Shown here: positions 48,622 to 58,143 of the stretch, piece by piece | How positions within the stretch are numbered: position 1 is the first letter of the stretch | Layout: each line of letters starts with the position of its first letter | Assembly: GCA_963715645.1 (NCBI GenBank) | Contig: OY970259.1 | Coordinates: forward strand, 71,841 to 135,840 | DNA: 64,000 bases | From: an uncultured Thermoplasmata archaeon | GTDB taxonomy: Archaea; Thermoplasmatota; Thermoplasmata; Lutacidiplasmatales; UBA184 | Direction of reading: 5' to 3' | The notes under the pieces: generated by a model | What the model was told of the DNA's origin: nothing | What the model saw: the letters and a program-made list of their open reading frames with translations, nothing else | Databases searched by the model: none | Position numbers and translations under genes: made by a program

Positions 48622-50205
48622 TTAGATGGTTGTGGGGTCCCGAGGCACGGCGCGGTCGAACACGCAGGCTCCGGCAAGCCAGGTCTCCCGAACAGCTGCC
48701 GCCCCTCGGCCGATAGCCGCCGCGAGGCTCTGGGCCTCCAGAATCACGAGGTCGGCCCGCGCGCCGGGCGCGAGCGAGCCGAGCTCGGGGTCCCCGAGCG
48801 CGCGACCGGCGTTCGCGGTGAAGAGGTCGAGCGCCTGGAACGGGGAGAGGGCCTCTTCCGCGATGGGATTCGCGGACCCCCCGCCCGGGGAGGTTCGGGA
48901 TACGGCCGCAGCCATCCCTCGCCAGGGATCGGGGGGGTCGTACGGGGCGTCGGTCGAGCCGACGAGATGGTGACCCCGGTCGGTCAGCGTGCGAAAGGGG
49001 TAGGCCCAACGGACCCGGGACGGTCCCAGCCGCTGGGCGAGCCACTCGTCACTCCAGACGAACCCGGGCTGGACCACCAGGATGGGGCGGACCCGGTCCA
49101 GGAGGGGAAAGATGGAGGGCGGAACGAGCGAGGCATGTTCGATCCGTGGGAACCTCGGAGCGTGGGCACCGAGCCGGTCGAGCGCCCGGAGCGTTTCGGT
49201 CAGACCGCGGTCCCCAATCGCGTGCACGGCCGCTTGGTGGCCCTCGTGGGCGCATCGCTCGAAGAGGTCGACGAGCTCGGGCTCCCGCGTCACCGGGATC
49301 CCCGAGTCGGTCGGAAGGTCGGTGTACGGTTCCTCGAGCCAGGCCGTTCGAGGACCGAACGCCCCGTCCACGAACGCCTTGACCCCGACCAGGGAGACGT
49401 AATCGTCGGGTCCGGGAGGCCCCCAGTCGGACGGGGCGAACTCCCGCCACCGGCCCGCCCGGGCGTAGCAGCGCACCCGAACCGACGGGGGTTCGGCTTC
49501 GAATTGGGCCCGTATCGCGCGTAGCTCCTCGGGGACCGTGCTCATCGACGCGACCGTCGTAACGCCCAGGGAGTTCGCGATCCGAACGGTCCTACCGATA
49601 GCGGCGGGTTCGGGAGGGTGGGCGCCCCCCGTGAGCTGCCGGACCGGGGTCAGCGCCGTCTCGTAGACCATCCCGTTGAGGGAGCCGTCCGATGCTCGTC
49701 CGAGGCGGCCTCCCGGTGGGTCCGCTGCCCGTTCGAGATACCCGGTGGCCTCGAGCGCCGCCCGGTTCAACACGGCCCCGTGGCCGCTCACGTGGTAGAG
49801 GACCGCCGGCCAATCCGACACGGCGCGCTCCAGGTCCCCAGCGGTGGGTTCCCGCCGTTCGGCGAACTGTTCCACCGACCAGCCGTCCCCGGTCACCGGG
49901 CCGTGCGGATGACCCGCAGCCCATGTCCCGAGCCGATCGACCAGCTCTCGGATCGAGCGGACGTCGCGCAGCGACAGACCCTCCCGGGCCCGCGTGAGCT
50001 CCGCGAGGTGCAGATGGGCGTCAATCAAGCCGGGGATGACCAGGCGGCCCTGGAGGTGGATGACCTCGACGCCCGTTGGGCTCGCTCGGAGGGCCTCCGC
50101 CGCGCTCCCGGCGACGACGACCCGGCCGCCCTCGAGGACCAGGGAGTCGACCGTCCGTGAGCCGGTGAGGATCCGACCCCCGGAGAAGCGGCAGCTCTCG
50201 GTCAT
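48622..50205 (-). CDS. Amidohydrolase-3 family metal-dependent hydrolase
   Basis: N-terminal beta-sandwich then PGLIDAHLHL (HxH), AVHAIGD, IEHASL, GSTDAP. 527 aa, intact. Confidence 0.75.
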   Translation of the reverse strand: MTESCRFSGGRILTGSRTVDSLVLEGGRVVVAGSAAEALRASPTGVEVIHLQGRLVIPGLIDAHLHLAELTRAREGLSLRDVRSIRELVDRLGTWAAGHPHGPVTGDGWSVEQFAERREPTAGDLERAVSDWPAVLYHVSGHGAVLNRAALEATGYLERAADPPGGRLGRASDGSLNGMVYETALTPVRQLTGGAHPPEPAAIGRTVRIANSLGVTTVASMSTVPEELRAIRAQFEAEPPSVRVRCYARAGRWREFAPSDWGPPGPDDYVSLVGVKAFVDGAFGPRTAWLEEPYTDLPTDSGIPVTREPELVDLFERCAHEGHQAAVHAIGDRGLTETLRALDRLGAHAPRFPRIEHASLVPPSIFPLLDRVRPILVVQPGFVWSDEWLAQRLGPSRVRWAYPFRTLTDRGHHLVGSTDAPYDPPDPWRGMAAAVSRTSPGGGSANPIAEEALSPFQALDLFTANAGRALGDPELGSLAPGARADLVILEAQSLAAAIGRGAAAVRETWLAGACVFDRAVPRDPTTI

Positions 50206-50268
50206 CGGTCCGACGGGAGTGGTACCGCCGGCGGCAGAAAGCGGGCGCGGACGGCGGTCCCGAGCGGC

Positions 50269-51732
50269 CTAGACGTCGAGGTACCGGTAGAACTCGTACG
50301 GGTGGGGCCGCAGGTTCAGCTCGAGCTGCTCCTCCCGCTTGAGCTCGATGTACGTGTCGAGGAGCGAATCGGCGAACGCAGGCTTCAGGAAGGCCCGGTC
50401 CGATTCGAGGCAGTCGAGGGCCTCGCCCAGCGACCCCGGAAGCTCCCGGATCCCGCGTTGCTTGCGCTGGGCGACCGTGAGCTTGTAGATGTTCTCGTCG
50501 ACCGGCGGAGGCGGTTCGATCTTGCGCTTGATGCCGTCGAGGCCCGCGAGGGCGAGAGCGGCTTCGGTCAGGTAGATGTTCGCGGCCGAATCGGGGGTGC
50601 GGTACTCGAGCCGCTTTGCGGCGGGTCGTCCCTTGTGGTAGAACGGGACCCGAACGCTCGCGGAGCGGTTCGCCTTGCTCCAGGCGATGAAGACCGGGGC
50701 TTCGTAGCCCGGCACGAGGCGCCGGTAGGAGTTCGTGATCGGGTTCGTGATGGCGCACAGGGAGCGCGAGTGCGCGAGCAGGCCTCCGACATAGTACCGA
50801 CAGACCTGGCTGACCTCGGCATACGGGTCGCTCTCGTCGTAGAAGGCGTTCTTTCCCTTCGACCAGATCGATTGGTTGGTGTGCATGCCGATCGCGTTGT
50901 CGCCGTAGATGGGTTTCGGCATGAGGCAGCCGACCTTCCCGTGGCGGTGGGCCACGTTCTTGATCACGTAGCGGATGTCCTGGATGTGGTCGGCCGTCGG
51001 GACGAGCTCGTCGAAGTGGAGGTTCAACTCGGCCTGCGCGCTGGTCGCCACCTCGTGGTGGTGGGCGTCCATGGTGATGTGGAAGTCGTCGGTGAGAATG
51101 TTCGCCATCTCGGCGCGCAGCCCGAGGGTCGAGTCGGTGGGAGGGCTCCGGTGGTACCCTTCCTTGAAGCGGACCGTCGAGCTGACCGGGCCGGTCTGCC
51201 ACGGAGCCTCGGATTGGTGGAGCAGGTAGCCGGCGCCGGCCCACGGGTCTCGAACCCCCTGGGCGGAGGGGATCAGCTCGATCGAATCGAAGATGAAGAA
51301 CTCGATCTCGGGGCCCCAGTAGGAGGTGTCATAGCCGGCGCTGGCGAGGACCTCCTCGGTCTTCCGAGCCACGGCCCGGGGGTCGTGGTCGTAGGGTTGG
51401 TACGAGGCGCCCAGCCGGACGTCGCAGATGAATCGGACCGTCCCACCGGCCTCGGGGTTCCACGGGATCGAGGCGAGGGTGCTCGGGTCCGGCACGAGCA
51501 ACATGTCGGACTCGAAGATCTCCCGGAACCCGCGCACGGAGGAACCGTCGAGCTTCGGGACGCCCGAGGCGAACGACTCCGCGTCGAGCGTCTCGAGGGG
51601 CACGTCGACCTGATTGAACCCCCCGAAGACATCCGTGTAGAACAGCTGCACCCATCGGACCTTCTCGGTCTTCAGCTTCGCGAGGGCCGCCTCTCCGTCG
51701 TTCTCCTTCGTCCGCTTCTTCACCGGTGACAT
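50269..51732 (-). CDS. glnA: Glutamine synthetase family ligase (type I; GlnA or gamma-glutamyl-amine synthetase)
   Basis: FTDVFGG-type beta-grasp (LFYTDVFGGF), GPEIEFFIFD, HHHEVATSAQAEL, KPIYGDNAIGMHTNQS, NSYRRLVPGYEAP, RSASVRVP. ATG 51732 preferred over TTG 51747. Confidence 0.8.
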   Translation of the reverse strand: MSPVKKRTKENDGEAALAKLKTEKVRWVQLFYTDVFGGFNQVDVPLETLDAESFASGVPKLDGSSVRGFREIFESDMLLVPDPSTLASIPWNPEAGGTVRFICDVRLGASYQPYDHDPRAVARKTEEVLASAGYDTSYWGPEIEFFIFDSIELIPSAQGVRDPWAGAGYLLHQSEAPWQTGPVSSTVRFKEGYHRSPPTDSTLGLRAEMANILTDDFHITMDAHHHEVATSAQAELNLHFDELVPTADHIQDIRYVIKNVAHRHGKVGCLMPKPIYGDNAIGMHTNQSIWSKGKNAFYDESDPYAEVSQVCRYYVGGLLAHSRSLCAITNPITNSYRRLVPGYEAPVFIAWSKANRSASVRVPFYHKGRPAAKRLEYRTPDSAANIYLTEAALALAGLDGIKRKIEPPPPVDENIYKLTVAQRKQRGIRELPGSLGEALDCLESDRAFLKPAFADSLLDTYIELKREEQLELNLRPHPYEFYRYLDV

Positions 51733-51770
51733 GGGTCCTCGCGTCAACCACCGGGTCCGGGTACATCAAC

Positions 51771-51785
51771 ATTCACCCGGTGAAT
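51771..51785. promoter_or_regulatory. Perfect 15-bp palindrome ATTCACC-C-GGTGAAT in the glnA/lrp divergent spacer
   Basis: Read directly. Lies 39-53 nt upstream of the glnA ATG and 62-76 nt upstream of the lrp ATG. An AT-rich stretch 51799-51838 follows. Confidence 0.4.
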
Positions 51786-51846
51786 CCGCGCGATTGTCCA
51801 ATTAACGACTCAATATCGTTATCTTCTATGGAATTAGACGCCTCTC

Positions 51847-52539
51847 ATGGGTCGTTCGTCCACTCTCGACGAGCTCGACCGAGCGCTCCTCACCGAGCTG
51901 AACATCGATGCCCGCCGTAGCCACCGAGAGCTGGCCCACCGATTGAAGGTCTCGCCGACGACCGTGAGCGCCCGGATCGGCCGGCTGGAGGCCCAAGGCG
52001 TCATCCGAGGCTACGTCCCGCTCCTGGACGAGGAGCTGCTCGGCTGGGACCTCTGGGCGGTGATCGGGATCTGGATCTCGAAAGGGCGGCTTCGGGAGGT
52101 CGAGGAGCGGCTGGCGCGAGACCCCCATGCCTACGCCATCTACGACGTGACGGGCGACACCGACGCGCTCCTGATCGGCCGCTTTCGGGATCGGCGCGAC
52201 CTCGACCGATTCGTGAAGCATGTCCTCCAGGACCCCTACGTAGAACGTTCGAACACCCAGGTCGTCCTGAACCGGGTCAAGGAAGACCGGCGGGTGCCGG
52301 TCCCCCTCCACCCGACCGAGCCGGGGCGGCGCGCCGGAGCCGTCGAGAGGTCGACGGGCCCTCCGAGCTCACGGGATCCCCCCGGTCGTCAGGAGACAAT
52401 ACGGGGCGGCGGGGGAAGGGGCTTCAGCTCGCCCCGAAGCAGCCCGAACAGGACCATGTCCATGCATCGACCCCGAACGCAGACCGCCTCACGTTCGCGT
52501 CCCTCCTCCACGAACCCGAGCTTCCGAAGTACCCGCTAG
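51847..52539 (+). CDS. Lrp/AsnC-family transcriptional regulator (domain ends near 52310; ORF tail probably spurious)
   Basis: LDELDRALLTELNIDARRSHRELAHRLKVSPTTVSARIGRLEAQGVIRGY (HTH_AsnC) plus a RAM-like domain ..AYAIYDVTGDTDALLIG..SNTQVVL. The last ~75 aa are antisense to the GNAT gene. Confidence 0.75.
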   Translation: MGRSSTLDELDRALLTELNIDARRSHRELAHRLKVSPTTVSARIGRLEAQGVIRGYVPLLDEELLGWDLWAVIGIWISKGRLREVEERLARDPHAYAIYDVTGDTDALLIGRFRDRRDLDRFVKHVLQDPYVERSNTQVVLNRVKEDRRVPVPLHPTEPGRRAGAVERSTGPPSSRDPPGRQETIRGGGGRGFSSPRSSPNRTMSMHRPRTQTASRSRPSSTNPSFRSTR

Positions 52540-53023
52540 TGAGCTCAGGTTCTGGTCCAGGGCCTGGGAGGCGACCCGGCGCATCCGCAGCGGTCCGAAC
52601 GCGGCCCGGCAGAGGAACCAGGACGCCTCGGTGGCGAATCCCTGGCCCCAGGTACCTCGGGTCGATCCAGTAGGAGAGACTTTCGACCTTTCGCCACGTC
52701 CAGTCCAATCCCCGGAGCCCGACCCGTCCGATGCACCCGCCGTCCCCGCGGAGGATGACGGAGAGGGAGAGGTGTTCCCCCTGGTGGTACTCCCGGAGCG
52801 TTCGTGTGACCATCCGCAGTGGGTTCTCCATCTCGGCCCGGGGGTGCAAAGGGGCCCCATGGGCCCGGGCGGTCCTGGGGTCCCGGAAGCTCCGCTTGAG
52901 GTCGGGGACGTCGCGTCGTGATGGGAGGCGAAGGAGGAGTCGCGGCGTCTCGAGAGGAAGGGCCAGTCGCGCGAGGTCGCCGACCCCCTTCACCATGGGC
53001 GGCAGAGGTTCCGCGCTCGACAT
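52389..53023 (-). CDS. GNAT-family N-acetyltransferase (RimJ/RimL-like), two frame breaks
   Basis: ETPRLLLRLPSRRDVPDL.., IGRVGLRGLDW, WIDPRYWGQGFATEA (after a break near 52655), RVLRKLGFVEEGRERE..DMVLFGLLRGE (after a break near 52545). Start at MSSAEP (53023) is tentative. Confidence 0.65.
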
Positions 53024-53368
53024 ACGGCTAACGGGTCCACGACGTCGGACCAAGGCGAGAGGCGCTTCGGAAGGCTCCTGAATCGCCGGGCCCGAGGGAA
53101 CCTGGATGACCCGGCGAGCCGGCGGGTCCTTCGAGCCCCTCCCCCAACAATCGGAGACGGACGAACTCCCCGTCGCGACGGCCGTCGGGCGGCTGTGCTC
53201 CAGGAGGAGTTCCTCGGCGAGCTCGAGGACTCCCTTCCCGAGCATGGCGGAACCGCCTCCGGCAGGGAACTCTGGTTCCCTCCCACGACCTCCCGATCCG
53301 GGTGGAGAGAGCGCGATCGGGGTAACGGCTATGAGCGCGGCCGCTCCATCGCTCCTTCCGAGGAGTCC

Positions 53369-54199
53369 ATGGACTGGGGGCTTGCGAACCGGATGCACCG
53401 GATGTTCACTCCTGCGACCCGCAACACGGTGATGCTGGCGGTCGACCACGGCTATTTCATGGGACCGACCCACCGTCTGGAGGACGCGGGGGCCACGATC
53501 GCGCCACTCCTACCGTACGCGGACGCCATCGCGTTGACCCGCGGCATCCTCCGACGTACGGTCCCTCCCACCTCCCAGACCCCGATCGTGCTCCGCGTAT
53601 CGGGCGGGGTCACGGTCCTGCAGGACGACCTCTCCCACGAAGCGGTCACGACCTCGATGGTCGAGGCGACGCGCCTGAACGTCTGCGCGGTCGCGCTCAG
53701 CGTGTTCGTCGGTGCCCCGCACGAACACGATTCGCTCGTGCACCTCGGCGAACTCGTGAACCAGGGTGAACAGGCCGGCATGCCCGTGATGGCGATCACC
53801 GCCGTCGGCAAGGAGCTCGAGAAACGGGACGCCCGGTATCTCGCGCTAGCCTGCCGGGTCTCCGCCGAGCTGGGGGCGCACATCGTCAAGACGTACTACT
53901 GCGACGGATTCTCGAAGGTGGTCGAGGGTTGCCCGGTTCCTATCGTGGTGGCGGGGGGCCCGAAGCTCGATAGCGACCGTGCCGCGCTGGAGCTCGCTCG
54001 TCACGCGATCGACCAGGGCGCGCACGGGATCGATATGGGCCGCAACATCTGGCAGTCCGAGCATCCGGTCCCGATGCTCAAGGCTCTTCGGGCGATCGTG
54101 CACGAGAAGGCAACGGTCGGCGAGGCGATGGACGTCCTTGCCGCCGAGAAGGGGCGGGGTGCGGGCTCGCGTTCCGCGCGTCGTCCCCAATCATCTTAA
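53369..54199 (+). CDS. DhnA-type class I aldolase family protein (FBP aldolase / ADH synthase / LsrF-like)
   Basis: MLAVDHGYFMGP, VALSVFVG, HIVKTYY (Schiff-base Lys region), IVVAGGPK, GIDMGRNIWQ. Start at MDWGL (53369). Confidence 0.7.
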   Translation: MDWGLANRMHRMFTPATRNTVMLAVDHGYFMGPTHRLEDAGATIAPLLPYADAIALTRGILRRTVPPTSQTPIVLRVSGGVTVLQDDLSHEAVTTSMVEATRLNVCAVALSVFVGAPHEHDSLVHLGELVNQGEQAGMPVMAITAVGKELEKRDARYLALACRVSAELGAHIVKTYYCDGFSKVVEGCPVPIVVAGGPKLDSDRAALELARHAIDQGAHGIDMGRNIWQSEHPVPMLKALRAIVHEKATVGEAMDVLAAEKGRGAGSRSARRPQSS

Positions 54200-54224
54200 G
54201 CCGGACCTCGCTCGGCCCGCTCGC

Positions 54225-54309
54225 GCGGGGATTGCCAAGCTTGGCCAAAGGCGCCAGATTCAGGGTCTGGTCCCGTAGGGGTTCGTGGGTTCAAATCCCT
54301 CTCCCCGCA
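54225..54309 (+). tRNA. tRNA-Leu (anticodon CAG), long variable arm
   Basis: Acceptor GCGGGGA/TCCCCGC, D arm GCC-AAGCTTGGCCAAA-GGC, anticodon arm CCAGA-TTCAGGG-TCTGG, variable arm CCC-GTA-GGG, T loop TTCAAAT. One T-T mismatch in the T stem (GTGGG/CCCTC). Confidence 0.85.
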
Positions 54310-54560
54310 TCGAACTGATAGAAGGCGCTCTCGACAAAGCCGGTGGGGCTCGAGTCCCTGATCTGCGCAAGCCCGGGTCGAAACCGAGGGGCGGGCTCGG
54401 TCGGGTGCGCCACAACGGGTAACTGCCCCCGGTCCCGTGCCGTCGACCCCTCCATGCGGACAACGTCAACCCCCTCGAAGACCGCACCGTCGTGGTGCAT
54501 GCGCTTCCCGTGGCTGCCTTGCGACCCCCCGCGACGGGAGCGCCCGGGACGGGAGCGACG

Positions 54561-55402
54561 ATGAGGGTGAGACCGGACGGGTCCCCGCCGGGACCGCTAC
54601 CGCACCTGGTAGCGCTCGCGGTCGACCTCGACGGGACCCTGCTGCCCCCGGGGGGGACGTCCCTCGGCCCAGCTTCGAAGCTGCTGGCGGCCGTGCAGCG
54701 AATGGGGTTGAAAGCGATCCTCATCTCGGGGCGGGATACCCATGGCTGGCTGCGCTCGCGAGGAACCTCGGGTCCCTCGATGCATTGGTGGCAGAGAACG
54801 GAGCGGTGGTCGAGGTTCCGGTCGGGGGTCACCTCAAGGTCGTGGGACGAGCAACCGCTGCCCGGGTGCGCCGACGCCTCGCGGAGGCACCGTGGGCGAA
54901 CGCCGAATACGGTGACGTGGTGGTATCCATACCGCGACCGATGGGACGTCGGGTCGGCCGACTCGTTCGTGGCCTCGGGGTCCACCTTGTCCCGAACGGC
55001 GACCGTGTCATGGTCCTGCCCGCGGGCGTGTCGAAGGCGACGGGAATGAAGCTCGCGCTTCGCGCGCTGGACCTTGACTCCCGCTCCTTCGCAGCGATCG
55101 GCGATGGGGAGAATGACCTTCCGCTCCTCCGCGCCGCCCAGCTCTCCGGGGCCGTGAGCAACGCCCATCCCCGAGTGGTCGCGACCGTGGACTACGTATG
55201 TCGGACCCCCTTCGGAGACGGGGTGGAGGAATTCGTCCGAGGACCGCTCGCCCACTACCCGGCTCTCGGCCCTTCTTCCCGGAGACGTGGGTCCGGGTCC
55301 TCCCGGCGGGGGCCCTTTCGAGGACCATCTCGGGAACTCGCGGCGAGAAGACTCGGGAGTCCCCGCGCCGGCCGTTCGGACCGGGTCGACGCGACGCACT
55401 AG
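54561..55402 (+). CDS. HAD-IIB (Cof / sugar-phosphate phosphatase type) hydrolase, one frame break
   Basis: LAVDLDGTLL (motif I), ILISGR (motif II) in ORF 54492..55049. MVLPAGVSKATG.. and AAIGDGENDLPLL (motifs III/IV) in ORF 54437..55402. Break in the G run near 54733-54736. The Arg-rich tail is doubtful. Confidence 0.7.
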
Positions 55403-55539
55403 GAGAGGTTGATTAGCACCGCGGCGCCTAGCTGCACCTCCCGGCGAGGAGCCCGGAGCCGGAGCTCCCCGACGGCGAAGGGCCTCGGCCCAGGACCACG
55501 GAACACCTACGACGAAATCACGCACGAACGGGAGGGAAC

Positions 55540-56916
55540 TTGGAGAAAGTCAACGTCTGCATCAACAGCCAGACGCCCCTCCTTCAGTTCCTTTCCCCAC
55601 CCGACGGTTCGGCCGTGCCCACGTGGGGCACCACCGTCAACCTGGACGACCTCCACGAGGGGGTGGACTACCGGTTCTCCCCTGGAGGGGTGACCCGGAT
55701 GGTCTATCCGCTGGTTCGGAGACTTCTCGCCCAGGGAATCCTCGATCAGACCCATTGGGTCTCGCTGAACCCGGTAGGTCCACGGACGGTCAGGGCGGAC
55801 GGACTAACCCTGCACAACGTCGCGCTCGGGCCTCAGCGGATGGGCGGGTACGGGAAGACGAAGGAAGCGATCTGGTCGACCGTTCATGGCCTCGGCGTTC
55901 GCGAGTCGGTGGACGACCTCTTCTGGAGCGAGGAGTTCGTTGAGTACGCCTTCTACAACCGAACCACCTCTGAGCGGATCCGCAGGCTGGATGCCCAGGC
56001 CGACTTCGACCTGTTCTACATCCACGACTTCCAACAGATGCCGGTCGGGCAGATGCTCGACTCGCTGAAACCGAAGATTTTTCGCTGGCACATCCCGTTC
56101 GATGCGGCGCGGATTCCCGATAATTGGAGGGCGCGGTTCGTGGAGTACCTCGACAGCTACGACGTGGTCGTGGTGAGCTGCGAACGGTACCGCGCGGGCC
56201 TCAAGAGGCTCGGCTATCGAGGGAAGTCGCTCCGCCTGTACCCGTACCTCGACCCTCGAGAGTACCGCCGACCCGCGAAGCGGGAGGTGGCGACGACCTG
56301 CGCCCGCTGGGGAGTGCGCCCGAACGAGCGTCGTCGTGCTGGTGGTCGCCCGGATGGACCCGGCGAAAGCGCACGACCGGGCAATCCAGGCGGTCGCTCG
56401 CCTCGCTCCGAGGTACCCGCGCCTGCGTCTCGTGCTCATCGGGAACGGGAGCTTCTCCGGCGCCACGGGCGGCCTCGGGCTCTCCAAGGCCGCCCAGTGG
56501 CGGGCCCACCTCGAGGCGGAGGCCGTGCGACTCGGGGTCCGGGAGCGCGTGATCTTCCCGGCCACGTTCCTCAGGATGCCCTGGACTGTTTCTACGAGCG
56601 CTCGCTCTTCACCCTGCTGCCGTCGGTCAACGAGGGATTCGGCCTCGTGGTCGTCGAGAGCTGGCTCCACCGTCGGCCCGCCCTCGTCACCGAACGCGCG
56701 GGGATCGCCGAACTCATCGAGGACGGGAGAAACGCTATCCTCTTCGACCCGGACGACATCCCGACCCTGGCCCGGAAGATGCGCAGGCTACTCGACGACC
56801 GCGGCGAGCTGGCGGGGCGGCTCGCGCGCAATGCGACCGTCACCGCCCGCGAATGCTCGATCGACCTCGCGGCCCGAGCGGAGGCGAAGTTGATGGCGGA
56901 GGTCCTCGAGGCGTAG
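55540..56916 (+). CDS. GT4-family glycosyltransferase, TreT/trehalose-synthase-like, two frame breaks
   Basis: TTG start preceded by GGGAGGGA. FYIHDFQQMPV..IFRWHIPFD (compare HD..W.CHID of TreT-type enzymes), VARMDPAKA, LLPSVNEGFGLVVVESW (E-x7-E region). Breaks near 56328 and 56560. Confidence 0.65.
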   Translation: MEKVNVCINSQTPLLQFLSPPDGSAVPTWGTTVNLDDLHEGVDYRFSPGGVTRMVYPLVRRLLAQGILDQTHWVSLNPVGPRTVRADGLTLHNVALGPQRMGGYGKTKEAIWSTVHGLGVRESVDDLFWSEEFVEYAFYNRTTSERIRRLDAQADFDLFYIHDFQQMPVGQMLDSLKPKIFRWHIPFDAARIPDNWRARFVEYLDSYDVVVVSCERYRAGLKRLGYRGKSLRLYPYLDPREYRRPAKREVATTCARWGVRPNERRRAGGRPDGPGESARPGNPGGRSPRSEVPAPASRAHRERELLRRHGRPRALQGRPVAGPPRGGGRATRGPGARDLPGHVPQDALDCFYERSLFTLLPSVNEGFGLVVVESWLHRRPALVTERAGIAELIEDGRNAILFDPDDIPTLARKMRRLLDDRGELAGRLARNATVTARECSIDLAARAEAKLMAEVLEA

Positions 56917-56917
56917 C

Positions 56918-57784
56918 ATGTTCGGGTTACCGGATTGGACGACCCCGTATCTCTTCGCCGCGATCATCCTTGCCCTGACCTGGCTGGTCGCATGGGTCGC
57001 GAGCCTCGCGCTTCGCGGACTGATGAGTCAGAGCCCCCCGCAAGTGGCGGCAGGGGCCCGGCGCCTGGGCGTGATCGTGGTCTGGCTCGTGGGGATCCTC
57101 CTTGCCGTCCAGGAGGTCGGGGTCAGCATCGAGATCCTCCTCCTCGTAGTGGGTCTCTTTGCGATCACCGCCATGATCGCTCTGCGGATCCCGCTCGAGA
57201 ACGTCGGCGCCAAGTACTTCTCGGACGTCTACAGCCCGTTCAAGGTGGGCGACTCGATCGAGGTGGGGGGGTACTCCGGCAAGGTCATCGAGATCAATGC
57301 GATGACCACCATCCTCCTCTCCGAGGACGACCGGCTGGTGGCCCTTCCGAACTCCCTGCTGCTCAAGGAGACCCTCATCAACGCCTCGCCGCACGCCTGG
57401 AAGGAGCTCACGATCCCGATCTCCCTACCGGCGAACGTCGACATCGCTCCGCTGGAGAGCGAGATTCTGAAGAGCCTGGCCAAGCTGCGGGCTCGCCTGG
57501 ACAAACGCTTTCCACCGGTCCTCGCGACGAAGGCGCGGACCGCGGAGTCGACCGACCTCGTCCTGACGGTGATGATCCGCCGGCCTGAGGAGCGGGACGC
57601 GCTGCTCCTCGAGGTGAACAAGCGGGTCCACGACGCGAATCCAGGGGACCCGAGTTCGAGGGAGCGCGACGCCGACCGTTCCCCCAGAGGGTGCCGCGAA
57701 ACACTGAGCGCACCGTTCGCTTTCAGAATCGGGCGTGACGACGCGACCGGGGCCGCTTCGGGGGTTGGACGGACCTCACGGTAG
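56918..57784 (+). CDS. mscS: Small-conductance mechanosensitive channel (MscS family)
   Basis: Three N-terminal TM helices, then PFKVGDSIEVGGYSGKVIEINAMTTILLSEDDRLVALPNS (MscS beta-domain signature). ATG lies 1 nt after the GT4 stop. Confidence 0.75.
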   Translation: MFGLPDWTTPYLFAAIILALTWLVAWVASLALRGLMSQSPPQVAAGARRLGVIVVWLVGILLAVQEVGVSIEILLLVVGLFAITAMIALRIPLENVGAKYFSDVYSPFKVGDSIEVGGYSGKVIEINAMTTILLSEDDRLVALPNSLLLKETLINASPHAWKELTIPISLPANVDIAPLESEILKSLAKLRARLDKRFPPVLATKARTAESTDLVLTVMIRRPEERDALLLEVNKRVHDANPGDPSSRERDADRSPRGCRETLSAPFAFRIGRDDATGAASGVGRTSR

Positions 57785-58143
57785 GGCCCGCGCCGGAAGG
57801 GAAGTGGTCCGCGACCGCCCCTTCGGGAGCCCCTAGGGTCGTGGGCGCGGGGCCAGTTCAACGGGGGTGAATGATCCCGCCGGGGTGGCCCCACCGAGAG
57901 AAGACTCGGAGGGGGCTTCGGCCTCCGGGGCGGCGTGCGGAACGGGGTCGACGACGCAGGCGGTTCAGCCGGTCGCGCGGTCCGGGCAGGAGCCGGCAGG
58001 AGGGACGTTCGACAATCGTGGGAGTTTCGTGGGGTCATTTCGTTCCCCGCTTCGGCAATCGCCGGGGGCTCGTCCTATCGTTGGACAAACCTTCATCCCC
58101 CCTCCCGCGGAACGAGAATCGGTGATGCCGAAAGGGACGAACC

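Noticed and set aside
52310-52539. ~75-aa C-terminal extension of the Lrp ORF
   Set aside because: The sequence is Arg/Ser/Pro-rich and exactly antisense to the GNAT C-terminus. It is most likely read-through caused by a missing stop or an indel, not a real domain.
54291-54500. 69-aa minus-strand ORF next to tRNA-Leu, considered as an integrase or excisionase remnant
   Set aside because: It overlaps the tRNA 3' end, has no recognisable motif, and I found no direct repeat of the tRNA-Leu 3' end downstream.
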